From positions 1,012,862-1,076,861 of the forward strand of contig JAXGXE010000001.1 in NCBI GenBank assembly GCA_040772945.1: 64,000 nucleotides of DNA. The letters run 5' to 3'. This document shows, piece by piece, positions 35,593-47,369 of the stretch. This stretch comes from Anaerolineaceae bacterium. Its GTDB lineage: Bacteria; Chloroflexota; Anaerolineae; Anaerolineales; Anaerolineaceae. The notes beneath the pieces were generated by a model. The model had not been told where the DNA came from and searched no databases. It saw only the letters and a program-made list of their open reading frames with translations. Positions within the stretch are counted from its first letter, which is position 1. Each line of letters opens with the position of its first letter. The position numbers and the translations under genes were made by a program.

Positions 35593-35607
35593 TGATGGGA
35601 TAAAGAA

Positions 35608-35793
35608 TTATTCTTTTTCTACTGCAAAAACTTCGCGACCTTGATAGTGGCCACATTTTTTGCAAACGCGATGGGGCAAGCGGATCTCGCCACAGTTGGG
35701 GCAGTTCACGGCATTGCTCGCCTTAAGTCCGTCATGGGAACGACGGCGGTCGCGTCGGCCGGAAGTTGATCGTTGCTTCGGTAATGGGGTCAT
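35608..35793 (-). CDS. rpmF: 50S ribosomal protein L32
   Basis: 61 aa with the zinc-ribbon form CPNCGE..CKKCG and a basic N-terminus. Confidence 0.9.
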   Translation of the reverse strand: MTPLPKQRSTSGRRDRRRSHDGLKASNAVNCPNCGEIRLPHRVCKKCGHYQGREVFAVEKE

Positions 35794-35859
35794 CTTACAC
35801 TCCTACTCTCAAATATTAACCAATACATAATACACGATTTACTCATTCCGGTCAAGGAT

Positions 35860-35875
35860 TTTGGAAAGCTTGTGT
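35860..35875. repeat. 16-bp direct repeat TTTGGAAAGCTTGTGT (left flank of the second IS481-family element)
   Basis: The identical 16-mer occurs at 37081-37096. Confidence 0.85.
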
Positions 35876-37080
35876 GTAAACAGGTCAGCACATCGTATAC
35901 ACTTTATGAACCGAGGCTATGAAGCCTACCGCACTCAGTGTCTGGAAATAATAGGGTTACCATACAATGATATTGAGGTGCACATTGATGAAGGATATCA
36001 CCCACTTAGATTACCACGCGCTCAGACGCGACAGCCCCAAAACAGCCCGCAGAGCTGTACTGCAGGTTCTCAAGGCTCACAACGGAAACGTTAGCAAGAC
36101 AGCACGAATATTCAAGATAAGTCGGGCTACAGTGTACAAAGCCATCGAAAAGGACGCGGAGAAAAATCTGGATGACAGTTCCCGCGCGCCTCATACGGTT
36201 CACAATAAAACAGACACTGAACTGGAAGCGCGGGTCTTACAGATTAGAAAGCAGACCGGTTATGGCCCACTTCGTATCAAGGAAGAACTGGAAGAACTGG
36301 ATCAAATCAGTCTTTCAGAGCACACTATACGCAATATTCTTAGACGTAACAGAGATGAAGCCAAACCAAGACATCAAAAAACTGCCAATAAAACCAAACG
36401 CCATTTTGTGGACTGGTATTCAGCCAAAGCATTTGAAGTGGTTCAGATTGACCTTAAATATATCGTTGACCAAAAAGCTCTCTCTATGGAGCAAATCCAT
36501 CATATCTATACTAAAAACCTGCCTTTGTATCAGTGGACTGCCATTGATGTCCATTCCCGGTTCAGGCTTATCGGCTATAGTTACGAGAAAAGCTGGACCA
36601 ATGGATTAGCATGGATTTTCTGGGTGCTTTCATGGCTTAGATCTCATGGCGTTCAATCCCACATCTTCTTTACTGTGGACAGAGGTGAGGAGTTTGGTGG
36701 CAAGTCCTGGTTCAAAATCTATGAGCTGAGAAAATTGCTCTCTGATTTTGGCTGTACTTTCATACAGAACCGCCCCGGACATCCTGAAGACAACCCCCAT
36801 GTCGAACGTTCACATCGAACTGATGATGAGGAGTTTTACATTCCCCGGCTCTTATCCGTCGCTTCTAAAAAGGACTTTTTCTTTGAAGCTATGAATTATC
36901 TTTATTACTACAACGTCGTCAGACGCCATTCGGCATTAGAGCGCAAATCGCCCTATGCGCATCTAAGCAAAACCACCAGGGGGATTGATGATAAAATCAG
37001 GTTCATTCCACCCATCTTTCTGGATCACCTTGCGGTTCAACTCGGGGATTGGAGTGGTTACCATGTGCTGGCTTCTCACC
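35876..37080 (+). mobile_element. Second, unrelated IS481-family-like insertion sequence (~1205 bp)
   Basis: With boundaries set by the 16-bp flanking repeat, the ends are inverted repeats in register: GTAAACAGGTCAGCACATCGTA versus GGTGAGAAGCCAGCACATGGTA (reverse complement), about 18 of 27 positions matching. Confidence 0.7.
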
Positions 37081-37115
37081 TTTGGAAAGCTTGTGTTGTT
37101 AGTCAGCGATTATGA
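35967..37115 (+). CDS. IS481-family DDE transposase
   Basis: 382-aa ORF with an HTH (VSKTARIFKISRATVYKAI) and an rve core (VQIDLKY, WTAIDVHSR, FTVDRGEEF, NRPGHPEDNPHVERSHRT). The probable start is MKDITH at 35988. The ORF reads 35 nt past the IS end. Confidence 0.8.
   Translation: MILRCTLMKDITHLDYHALRRDSPKTARRAVLQVLKAHNGNVSKTARIFKISRATVYKAIEKDAEKNLDDSSRAPHTVHNKTDTELEARVLQIRKQTGYGPLRIKEELEELDQISLSEHTIRNILRRNRDEAKPRHQKTANKTKRHFVDWYSAKAFEVVQIDLKYIVDQKALSMEQIHHIYTKNLPLYQWTAIDVHSRFRLIGYSYEKSWTNGLAWIFWVLSWLRSHGVQSHIFFTVDRGEEFGGKSWFKIYELRKLLSDFGCTFIQNRPGHPEDNPHVERSHRTDDEEFYIPRLLSVASKKDFFFEAMNYLYYYNVVRRHSALERKSPYAHLSKTTRGIDDKIRFIPPIFLDHLAVQLGDWSGYHVLASHLWKACVVSQRL
37081..37096. repeat. 16-bp direct repeat TTTGGAAAGCTTGTGT (right flank)
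   Basis: Identical to 35860-35875. Confidence 0.85.
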
Positions 37116-37294
37116 CACCTCCATAAGTAACCAGAGATTATGACAGCCCTTCAGAAAGTTTGATTTTAACAAAAAATGACTAAGAACTTAATTGGAAGAA
37201 GAAAGCTTATAGCTCGTCTTTGTTGTGAGCACATTTTTGAAAAAATCTTTATAAGATTGCAGGACTTTTGAATTGACAGGGTATAATTTTGAAC

Positions 37295-38095
37295 ATGAAA
37301 ATAAAACGTGTTTTGATTCGTGGTGGCGGGGATTTGGCAAGTGGGGTCGCGGCATGCTTACATCGTGATGGGTGGCAAGTCGTCGTAGCTGAATTAGCCC
37401 AGCCTTTGGTCGTGCGCCGCAAGGTAGCATTTGCTGAGGCAGTTTATGAAGGCACTGTTCAGGTGGAAGAAATTTACGCGCGCCTGGCATCCGAACCATT
37501 AGAAGTAGAAAAAATTTTAGAGAGTGGTAAAGTCGCTGTTTGCGTTGATCCAGATTTGGAAATCATCGATTCTCTACCAGTCTTTGCGATTGTTGACGGA
37601 CGCATGTTAAAGAGACACTCTGATCTTGGTAACCCGAGTTCAATCCCAGTGATCGGTTTAGGTCCCGGATTTGTTGGCGGAGAGAATTGTCATGCGGTGA
37701 TTGAAACAAACCGGGGAGAGAATCTTGGCAAAGCCATTTATGATGGAGAACCAGAACGCGATACCGGTAAGCCAGCACCTGTGCATGGCTATAGCCTTGA
37801 AAGGGTTGTATACACACCCGACGATGGTATGTTTGAAGCCTGGCTTGAAATTGGTGATGCTGTGCAGGAAGGTCAGGCGCTTGGGAAGATTGGCGATGAG
37901 ATTATCGTCTCGAAGATATCCGGGGTAGTACGTGGGCTAATCCGCGAGGGCATTACTTTGCCAAAATGGACTAAGGTGGCGGATATTGATCCAAGAGGCA
38001 AGAAAGAAGCCTGTTATAAAATCTCGGATAAGGCTATAATCATAGGTTGCTCAGTACGCGATGTGCTGAATGATTTATTTAATAAAACGGAGTAG
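37295..38095 (+). CDS. yqeB: YqeB-family selenium-dependent molybdenum hydroxylase system protein
   Basis: The N-terminus VLIRGGGDLASGVAACLHRDGWQVVVAELAQPLVVRRKVAFAEAVYEG matches my recollection of the YqeB family. The track start is TTG at 37289; the ATG is at 37295. Confidence 0.75.
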   Translation: MKIKRVLIRGGGDLASGVAACLHRDGWQVVVAELAQPLVVRRKVAFAEAVYEGTVQVEEIYARLASEPLEVEKILESGKVAVCVDPDLEIIDSLPVFAIVDGRMLKRHSDLGNPSSIPVIGLGPGFVGGENCHAVIETNRGENLGKAIYDGEPERDTGKPAPVHGYSLERVVYTPDDGMFEAWLEIGDAVQEGQALGKIGDEIIVSKISGVVRGLIREGITLPKWTKVADIDPRGKKEACYKISDKAIIIGCSVRDVLNDLFNKTE

Positions 38096-38097
38096 TT

Positions 38098-38838
38098 ATG
38101 AAGATTAATGAAGCCTTGCGCATAGAAAATAAGTCAGCGGTGGCATTTGTTGGCGCTGGAGGAAAAACCACAGCGATGTTTAACCTCGCCAGAGAGTTCG
38201 ATTTTCCATCCATCGTGACCACGACCACAAAATTGGGTTTGGAACAGATAAAACTTGGGGATAAGCATATCAACCTGAATGGTGATTTGCCTGATGGCAG
38301 TGATTTTGGTGATGAAAAAGTGACTGTGGTAACCGACCGAATGAATGCTAATCGCACACGCTGGCAGGGATTGGATGATATGCAAATTTCCCGTTTGCGC
38401 AATGTGGCAGGCGTGCTTAGCCGCGCGCTACTCATTGAAGCGGATGGCGCGAAAACGTTGCCCCTCAAAGCACCTGGAGAAGACGAGCCCATCATTCCGG
38501 ATTTTGTGGACCAGGTGATTGTTGTCGCTGGTTTGGGCGCGGTGGGGAACTTTCTGGATGAGGGCAATGTCTTTCGTCCTGCTTTGTATTCTGAGCTGAG
38601 TGGTCAAGATAAAAGTCAGCCAGTTTCGTTGGAAAGTATCGCGCGCATGTTGATTAATCCAATGGGCGGATTGAAGGGCATCCCGGAAAATGCCAAGAGA
38701 ACCGTCATTCTCAATCATGCCGATTTAGTGCCATTGAACGATGTCGAATTGGCGATGTTCCGCAACCATCTGATTAAGCATTATCACGAAGCTTATATCG
38801 GCTCTTTACACGAGGGCTGGTTGTTAGGACTTTACTAA
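38098..38838 (+). CDS. yqeC: YqeC-family selenium-dependent hydroxylase accessory protein
   Basis: 246 aa with a P-loop-like FVGAGGKTTAMFNLA. It immediately follows yqeB. Confidence 0.7.
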   Translation: MKINEALRIENKSAVAFVGAGGKTTAMFNLAREFDFPSIVTTTTKLGLEQIKLGDKHINLNGDLPDGSDFGDEKVTVVTDRMNANRTRWQGLDDMQISRLRNVAGVLSRALLIEADGAKTLPLKAPGEDEPIIPDFVDQVIVVAGLGAVGNFLDEGNVFRPALYSELSGQDKSQPVSLESIARMLINPMGGLKGIPENAKRTVILNHADLVPLNDVELAMFRNHLIKHYHEAYIGSLHEGWLLGLY

Positions 38839-38908
38839 TTTCTACTAATGTTTCGTAAGGAAGATTTGATTCTGTAACAGACTATGATAAACTGAAACTA
38901 TCCAAAAC

Positions 38909-38931
38909 GACGCCTAAGAGGCGTCATTTTT
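38909..38931 (+). terminator. Rho-independent terminator after yqeC
   Basis: Hairpin GACGCC-TAAGA-GGCGTC followed by ATTTTT. Confidence 0.7.
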
Positions 38932-38942
38932 ATGGAGGAACT

Positions 38943-39991
38943 ATGAGAACAATCGTTTGGAATGAAGAAAAACACTCGGCAGATATTATCGATCAAAACG
39001 CGCTTCCAGCTGATTACAGAATTATCTCTCTTTTAAGTTATGAGGATGTTATTGGAGCAATCAGTCATATGACGGTGCGTGGCGCGCCAGCTATTGGTGT
39101 TACTGCCGCGTATGGGATGGCATTAGCCGCCATGCACTCAGATGAAAGCGATTTGGAGGCCTTAAAATTACAATTAGGAGAGATTTCCAAAGAGATTGGC
39201 GCGGCGCGTCCTACCGCGGTGAATCTCTGGAATATGCTTAATCGCTGTCTGGATTTGATTAATACCTTTGAAGGACATGTTGACGAGCTTAAAGCACAAC
39301 TTTTGACCTTCGCGCACGAATTAGCCGATGAAGATGTTGAAATGAATAAGCGCTTATCAACATTCGGCGCGGATTTGATTAACGACGGGGATCGGATTGT
39401 GCACCATTGCAACACTGGCGCGCTGGCGACGGTTGATTATGGCACAGCCTTGGGTGTTATCCGCATGGCGCATGAACAAGGCAAAAAGATTCACGTTTAT
39501 GTGGATGAAACACGCCCACGGCTGCAGGGTGCACGGTTGACTGCCTGGGAACTTAAACAATATGGCATTCCTTATGACATTATCACGGATTCTTCCTCTG
39601 GCCAACTCATGCAGATGGGGATGGTAAATAAGGTCTTTTTTGGCGCGGATCGCGTTGCCATGAATGGTGATGTGGCAAATAAAATCGGCAGTTATATGTT
39701 GGCTCTCGCCGCGGTGGATAATAAGGTGCCGGTCTATTCGGTCTTTCCGACGAGTACAGTGGATGTTTCAATTGCGAGCGGTAAAGAAATTGAAATTGAA
39801 CAGCGCGATGAGCGCGAGGTTTTAGGTATTTCTCTGAACGGAGAGATTGTGGTTCCGGATGGCGCTACCGCGCTAAACTATGCCTTTGATGTCACCCCAA
39901 ACAGGCTGTTAACCGGCCTGGTTACGGAACATGGCGTTTTGTATCCCCCGTTTTTTGAAAAATTGGATAAAATTGCACGAAAGGGACAGCT

Positions 39992-39995
<4 letters not shown>
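38943..39995 (+). CDS. mtnA: S-methyl-5-thioribose-1-phosphate isomerase
   Basis: 350 aa, eIF-2B alpha/beta/delta family, with MTVRGAPAIGVTAAYG and ETRP.LQGARLTAWEL. Confidence 0.85.
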
Positions 39996-42222
<2,227 letters not shown>

Positions 42223-42248
42223 AATCAAATTTTAGTTTAGTGAAATTC

Positions 42249-42285
42249 AATGCCCATGGTTTTGTTATCATGGGCATTTTATTTT
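42249..42285 (+). terminator. Rho-independent terminator after ahcY
   Basis: Hairpin AATGCCCATG-N10-CATGGGCATT followed by a T-rich run. Confidence 0.75.
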
Positions 42286-42312
42286 AAAAGATATTGCTTG
42301 AAATTTAAAAGA

Positions 42313-42346
42313 AAAACGCGGGTGGTAGGATAGAGCCCGCGTTTTT
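42313..42346 (-). terminator. Terminator after recA (bidirectional shape)
   Basis: AAAAACGCGGG-N12-CCCGCGTTTTT. Confidence 0.7.
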
Positions 42347-42387
42347 CATAGAAAGGAGGTCAAAATGAACCTTCAAAACTAAATATT

Positions 42388-43470
42388 TTATTCATCGCTT
42401 TCAATATCACTCTCATCAGGGTCAAAGGCACCAGTTGTCATATCTTCTTCAGCCAGGCTACGCACGGTCATTTCGATTTCTTTCATGATATCGGGGTTTT
42501 GCATCAGGAAAGTTTTAGAGGCTTCGCGTCCCTGACCGAGGCGTTGTTCTTTGTAAGAATAGAACGAACCCCGTTTGTCGATGACTTCCATGCTGGTTGC
42601 CAAATCAAGGATATCTCCGGCTTTGGAAATGCCTTCGTTGTACATAATATCGAATTCAGCAGCGCGGAAAGGCGCGGAGACTTTGTTTTTCACCACGCGC
42701 ACGCGCACACGGTTACCCACGATTTCAGCGCCGACCTTAATCGACTGCACACGGCGCACATCCAGGCGGATGGAAGCGTAGAACTTGAGCGCCATACCAC
42801 CAGTGGTTGTTTCGGGGTTGCCGAACATCACGCCGATTTTCTGGCGTAACTGGTTGGTAAAGATGAGCGCGGTTTTGGTCTGGCTAATCGCGCCACCCAA
42901 CTTGCGCAAAGCCTGGGACATCAGGCGGGCTTGTACTCCCATGGTGGGGTCGCCCATGTCGCCCTCGATTTCGGAGCGCGGGACCAATGCGGCGACAGAG
43001 TCGATGACGACCAAATCCACCGCGCCAGAACGTACCAGGGTTTCGGCGATTTCAAGCGCCTGCTCGCCGGTATCGGGTTGGGAGATGAGCAATTCATCAA
43101 TATTGACACCACATTTGGCTGCATAAACCGGGTCAAGGGCATGTTCCATGTCGATATAAGCTGCTACACCGCCCTGGGCTTGACACTCTGCAACGATATG
43201 CTGGCATAGGGTGGTCTTACCGGAGGATTCAGGGCCGAAAATTTCGGTAATGCGTGCCTTGGGGATGCCCCCAACACCAAGGGCAAGGTCAAGTGACAGC
43301 GAGCCGGTAGGGATGGCTTCAACCTTCATTTGATGGGCTTCGCCAAGGCGCATAATACTACCTTCGCCGTAACGTTTGACGATGTCATGCAGGGCGCGAT
43401 CGAGGACGGCTTTTTTGGCTTCCTCCATACCGTCAGTGCTTTTAGATTTGGGTGTCGCTTTTTTTGCCAT
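42388..43470 (-). CDS. recA: Recombinase A
   Basis: Walker [10 protein letters not shown] plus the canonical RecA core. The ATG at 43470 follows a GGAGAG Shine-Dalgarno; the track start GTG at 43476 is 2 codons upstream. Confidence 0.95.
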   Translation of the reverse strand: MAKKATPKSKSTDGMEEAKKAVLDRALHDIVKRYGEGSIMRLGEAHQMKVEAIPTGSLSLDLALGVGGIPKARITEIFGPESSGKTTLCQHIVAECQAQGGVAAYIDMEHALDPVYAAKCGVNIDELLISQPDTGEQALEIAETLVRSGAVDLVVIDSVAALVPRSEIEGDMGDPTMGVQARLMSQALRKLGGAISQTKTALIFTNQLRQKIGVMFGNPETTTGGMALKFYASIRLDVRRVQSIKVGAEIVGNRVRVRVVKNKVSAPFRAAEFDIMYNEGISKAGDILDLATSMEVIDKRGSFYSYKEQRLGQGREASKTFLMQNPDIMKEIEMTVRSLAEEDMTTGAFDPDESDIESDE

Positions 43471-43502
43471 GGGCACTCTCCGTGTCTAAGACTGTTTTGT
43501 TA

Positions 43503-43530
43503 ATATTAGCACAAATGTTCGCATTGTCAA
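43503..43530 (-). promoter_or_regulatory. recA promoter with a Cheo-box-like LexA site in the spacer
   Basis: The minus strand reads TTGACA-ATGCGAACATTTGTGC-TAATAT. CGAACATTTGTGC resembles CGAAC-N4-GTTCG with one half-site mismatch. Confidence 0.4.
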
Positions 43531-43537
43531 GAAGCTG

Positions 43538-44851
43538 CTATCGAATCTTGCGACATTCGAGATAGAAGCGTTTATCATGCGCGTGGTTCATCGAGAAGGT
43601 CTTGCGGGGCAAGGCACCATCCAGGATGATAGATTTAAAGAGCGTGAATTTGGTAATTGAGGGGAGGTAAATGCCCAGATTACCGGGTTGCTGGCTCAGT
43701 TCGCAGGTGATTTCATCACCATGGACATAGTCGATTTGTGTTTCCGGATGGGCTTTCAACCAAGGATCGAGATATTCTTGTACATTGCCAACGGGAAGGT
43801 TGTGAACAGGTTGGGTGAGCTCGGCAATGGTAAAGCCATCAGCGTCGATCAGTCCAAAGCGTTGATGGGGTGCGACGTCTTTGGTTACTTCAGCCACGAG
43901 GGCATCCATTGTTTCAACTTGGGTGAGTTGAATATGTTCTCCAAAGTGCGCGATGAGGTCATTTTTGAGTTCACCAGCGTTAAAGAGAACGCGGTGAATG
44001 GCTTCAAACTGGAGCGAAACATCGTGGATGTTGACCAGTTCTACCAAAGCGTAGCGCGCGGGGTGGTCCATACCAACATCAGCTTTGACTTCTTCCCAAA
44101 TCGCTTTGGCGGTTGCCAGACTGTGGTTGCCATCGCCCATCGCGAAGAGCATGGGTGGAGTGTTGGGAGGCAGATCATACTTTTTCGCGTAGCTTTCAGG
44201 TTCAATCAGTGCTGCCAGGGCTTCAATGACCGATTCGATTAACTCTGGTTTGTCAACAAAGTGGCCAGTGAGGTGTCCACTGCCTTCCATAAGTTCGAAG
44301 TCATAAGCGACGGGCAGTTCCTTCTTTTCGGCGAGAACGTTTTTGAAAACGGTCATCTCAGGGTCATCGAAAAGGACAAGGATATGGGGCGATTCGATTA
44401 CGGCTTCGCGACGTACTGCCATACGTGGGGGCAAGCGGTCGAGTACAGTGCCTTCAGACGCGCGAATGAGCGTTTTTGAGCCGGGAGTGTAATCGTAAGT
44501 TTCAAGATCCAGGGCGGCAATCAAACCAGTTTGGATTTTGTCGCCAACGGTGCGCTCCACAAGCATAAAGCCCTTATAGGGTGTAAAGACGCCTTCGGCA
44601 ACATAGTCGCGCATGGCTTGTTGCGATGCTTTGATGAGTTCAGGAGCTTCGGGGCTTTCGAGCCAGGCTTCGGGCAGGATGAGCTTGAAGGTGGAGGGGG
44701 CATCACCAACAGTTTCGCGAACGCGTTCCCAGTATTCTGGCTGGGAGGTGAACTGGTCACACGCGATGACCGACCATTTGTGCATGTCGATACTTGGATT
44801 GGGGAGGAGAAGATCGGGGACTTGAACGCCAATTTTTTCTGCAGTTTTCAT
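43538..44851 (-). CDS. DUF1015-like protein
   Basis: 437 aa. The motifs ..ACDQFTSQPEYW.. and ..GDGNHSLATAKA.. resemble the PPYD / DGHHR positions of DUF1015 as I recall them. The assignment is tentative. Confidence 0.45.
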   Translation of the reverse strand: MKTAEKIGVQVPDLLLPNPSIDMHKWSVIACDQFTSQPEYWERVRETVGDAPSTFKLILPEAWLESPEAPELIKASQQAMRDYVAEGVFTPYKGFMLVERTVGDKIQTGLIAALDLETYDYTPGSKTLIRASEGTVLDRLPPRMAVRREAVIESPHILVLFDDPEMTVFKNVLAEKKELPVAYDFELMEGSGHLTGHFVDKPELIESVIEALAALIEPESYAKKYDLPPNTPPMLFAMGDGNHSLATAKAIWEEVKADVGMDHPARYALVELVNIHDVSLQFEAIHRVLFNAGELKNDLIAHFGEHIQLTQVETMDALVAEVTKDVAPHQRFGLIDADGFTIAELTQPVHNLPVGNVQEYLDPWLKAHPETQIDYVHGDEITCELSQQPGNLGIYLPSITKFTLFKSIILDGALPRKTFSMNHAHDKRFYLECRKIR

Positions 44852-45026
44852 AAACGATTCCCTTCTGGTATTTTTTCTTTATTGTATCAAATGAATGGAG
44901 TTTATGGGTGCTTATGACATTGATCCTGTGTTTTTATAATGTGAAAGAATATTTTTAGTAAATTTTTAGCATGTGCCGAAAAATATATACAACATGTCTC
45001 ATGCAAATCTTTTGCTGTAGCACAGA

Positions 45027-46016
45027 CTAAAAACCACTTTTCTTCAAGATTTCCTCCCACGGAGTTTCTCCCTGTAACAGGGGAAGAGGTATCACAGTAA
45101 ATGTACTACCTCCAGAAAGCCTTAAATTTACTTCTTCTCCTGGAGGAATAACAGCCCCGACGAAATATATAAACAAGAGATCATTCCACTTGCTAAATAT
45201 AAAACCTTCTAAATTGCTAAAATCTTTAAAAGTAAGAGCATAGTTTGATGACATAACAACTTCTGTAGAAGGGTCATCTGCTTTAACTTCAATGATATAG
45301 TAACCGTCATGACATGATGCGCTCCATGAACCATTCTGGATTCTTAAGGCATTTTCATCCAGTACGATTTCCTCTCCTGTTTCGTAATAAACAGATAAAA
45401 GGGGAATTAATTTATCAACGACCACTCCTGGTTCTACAGTCATCTTTATTTCTGTCTGAGATGGGACTAATACAGCTGTTGTAAAATCTTCACCATCAAT
45501 GGTAATAGCTCTATCTGCAAGTACTATCAAATCTTTTCCTTCAAGAGTAACAGCTTTTGAGTCAAAAACCAATAATCCTCTAGATTTCATCAAAAAAGAA
45601 ACTGTCCCTCCCTCTGATTTTAGGTCAAACTCTCCTTGATTGGTAACTACACTATATGGTGTTCCTACAGTGATTATGTCTACTGGATACTCATCTATTA
45701 AGTGAAATGTACCGTATTCACCCAAATCAATGGATAAGTCATCAGGCAAAGTAAATGCTCTTGGACAAATTACAGGTTCCTCCGTAGGAGTTGGCACTTC
45801 TGTCGGTACTTCTGTCGGTTCCTCCGTCGGAGTTGGCATCACTGTTGGCACTTCTGTTGGTTCCTCTAAAGGAATATCAGTTGGCTGTTCAACCTGAACA
45901 GGTTGTTCTACTGACGTGGGTATAGGTTTTACTGTCTGGGTACAACCAGCCATCGTAAAAAGAATAATCAGGAAGCAAATTGTTTTTTTTATATTATTTT
46001 CTCCAATATGGTTCAA
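45027..46016 (-). CDS. Lipoprotein with a Pro/Thr/Glu-rich repeat linker
   Basis: Signal peptide ending in lipobox-like FTMAGC, then EEPTEVPT repeats and a beta-rich C-terminal domain. TTG start. Confidence 0.6.
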   Translation of the reverse strand: MNHIGENNIKKTICFLIILFTMAGCTQTVKPIPTSVEQPVQVEQPTDIPLEEPTEVPTVMPTPTEEPTEVPTEVPTPTEEPVICPRAFTLPDDLSIDLGEYGTFHLIDEYPVDIITVGTPYSVVTNQGEFDLKSEGGTVSFLMKSRGLLVFDSKAVTLEGKDLIVLADRAITIDGEDFTTAVLVPSQTEIKMTVEPGVVVDKLIPLLSVYYETGEEIVLDENALRIQNGSWSASCHDGYYIIEVKADDPSTEVVMSSNYALTFKDFSNLEGFIFSKWNDLLFIYFVGAVIPPGEEVNLRLSGGSTFTVIPLPLLQGETPWEEILKKSGF

Positions 46017-46173
46017 ATCTTATTATAAAAATTTGGAGATAAACTAATTGGTTAGCAACTTTAAATCTTGTTAAATTATAACAACAATGTTGACTTTGGA
46101 GATATTCTGCTCTTGGTCTACGAAGCTGAAAACCAGGAAATATTTTAATTCCCTGCAAATAATCTTAAAAGGC

Positions 46174-46201
46174 AAATGCTCCGGCGATAACTGGAGCATT
46201 T
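46174..46201 (-). terminator. Terminator after degV
   Basis: Hairpin AAATGCTCC-N10-GGAGCATTT with a T-run on the minus strand. Confidence 0.6.
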
Positions 46202-46229
46202 GTCAGGAGGGATGAAAAGTCAGGATAAT

Positions 46230-47078
46230 TTATTTTTCTGGCAGGTAAACAAATCCAAACGCGCCAGGACCAACATGCACGCCGATAACCGGGCTAATGA
46301 AACCAGTAATGAGTTCATTTATTTCAAAAAGCTTCTTGGCATCGTCTTCCAGTTGAATAAGGTCAGACTCAAAAGTCGTCACTAAACCCAGGTAGTTAAT
46401 CTTTCCGTTTTTGCCGAGCTCTTTTCTGACGATCTCATAGATGGTTTTGGTCGCTCGTTTAAATGTACGTACTTTGCCAATAGGTTTGATAATACCTTCG
46501 TCAAGGGTTAAGATGGGTTTTAGGTCAAGCGCGGTGCCCATAAGACGTGCCGCGCCACCAATCCTGCCGCCACGATGTAAAAATTCAAGGGTATCAAGCG
46601 CGAAATAGGTCTTTACGCGACCGCAAATGTCAGTGGCGAGGTTTTCTATTTCCAATAAAGTAGCACCTTTTTGGGCGGCTTTTGCCACGCGTATTGCCGC
46701 CATGGTGAGTGGCATGGAAGCCTGGCGAGAGTCCATGACTATAATTTTCTTGCCAGGAAAATGTGCCAAAGCCTGTTGAGCAGAATCGCATGTTCCGGAA
46801 ATACCCGCTGAGATTAAAAGGGCGAAAACATCGTATCCTTTACTCAAAAGGTCTTCATAGGCATGCGCGAAATCGCCAGTGCTGGGTTGGGAGGTTGTGG
46901 GTAGAGTTTTTGACTTGGTCAGGCGAGAATAAAAGTCCTCATAAGAAATGTCAACGCCATCGCGCAAGGTTTGCCCATCCCAGTTGACGGTAAGGGGAAC
47001 AACAGTAATATTAAGTGCCGCTGCAAGGTCAGGGGGAATGGCGGCGGTAGAATCAGTGATGATTGCAACTTTTGTCAT
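46230..47078 (-). CDS. DegV-family fatty-acid-binding protein
   Basis: 282 aa with the N-terminus VAIITDSTAAIPPDL typical of DegV. Confidence 0.85.
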   Translation of the reverse strand: MTKVAIITDSTAAIPPDLAAALNITVVPLTVNWDGQTLRDGVDISYEDFYSRLTKSKTLPTTSQPSTGDFAHAYEDLLSKGYDVFALLISAGISGTCDSAQQALAHFPGKKIIVMDSRQASMPLTMAAIRVAKAAQKGATLLEIENLATDICGRVKTYFALDTLEFLHRGGRIGGAARLMGTALDLKPILTLDEGIIKPIGKVRTFKRATKTIYEIVRKELGKNGKINYLGLVTTFESDLIQLEDDAKKLFEINELITGFISPVIGVHVGPGAFGFVYLPEK

Positions 47079-47369
47079 TTTATGCCTCGTATCTATAATA
47101 AAAGAACACTAAATCAGTCTAATGGTTTCACTTTTGTTGATGACTGATTATCAATTAATGAAACCGGCTCTTATCCAATTAAATGGGAATTGATCGAAAG
47201 TTAGTATCAAAAACATTACCGAGCAGATGCCGAACTTTGAATTTAAGCCTGCATTAGGTTGTGGATAGCTGATATTGAGCCATTTTTTAGAGATAGAAGA
47301 ATTGAAGATGATTCGCAGGAAAAATGGAAATAAGGTATTATTTGGATTTATAAGCTACTTGGAGATGCC

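Noticed and set aside
42365-42382. Mini-ORF MNLQN* with a perfect AAGGAGG Shine-Dalgarno, lying between the recA stop and its terminator
   Set aside because: It is only 5 codons long, sits on the strand opposite recA inside a convergent terminator region, and has no downstream gene it could regulate. It is most likely chance.
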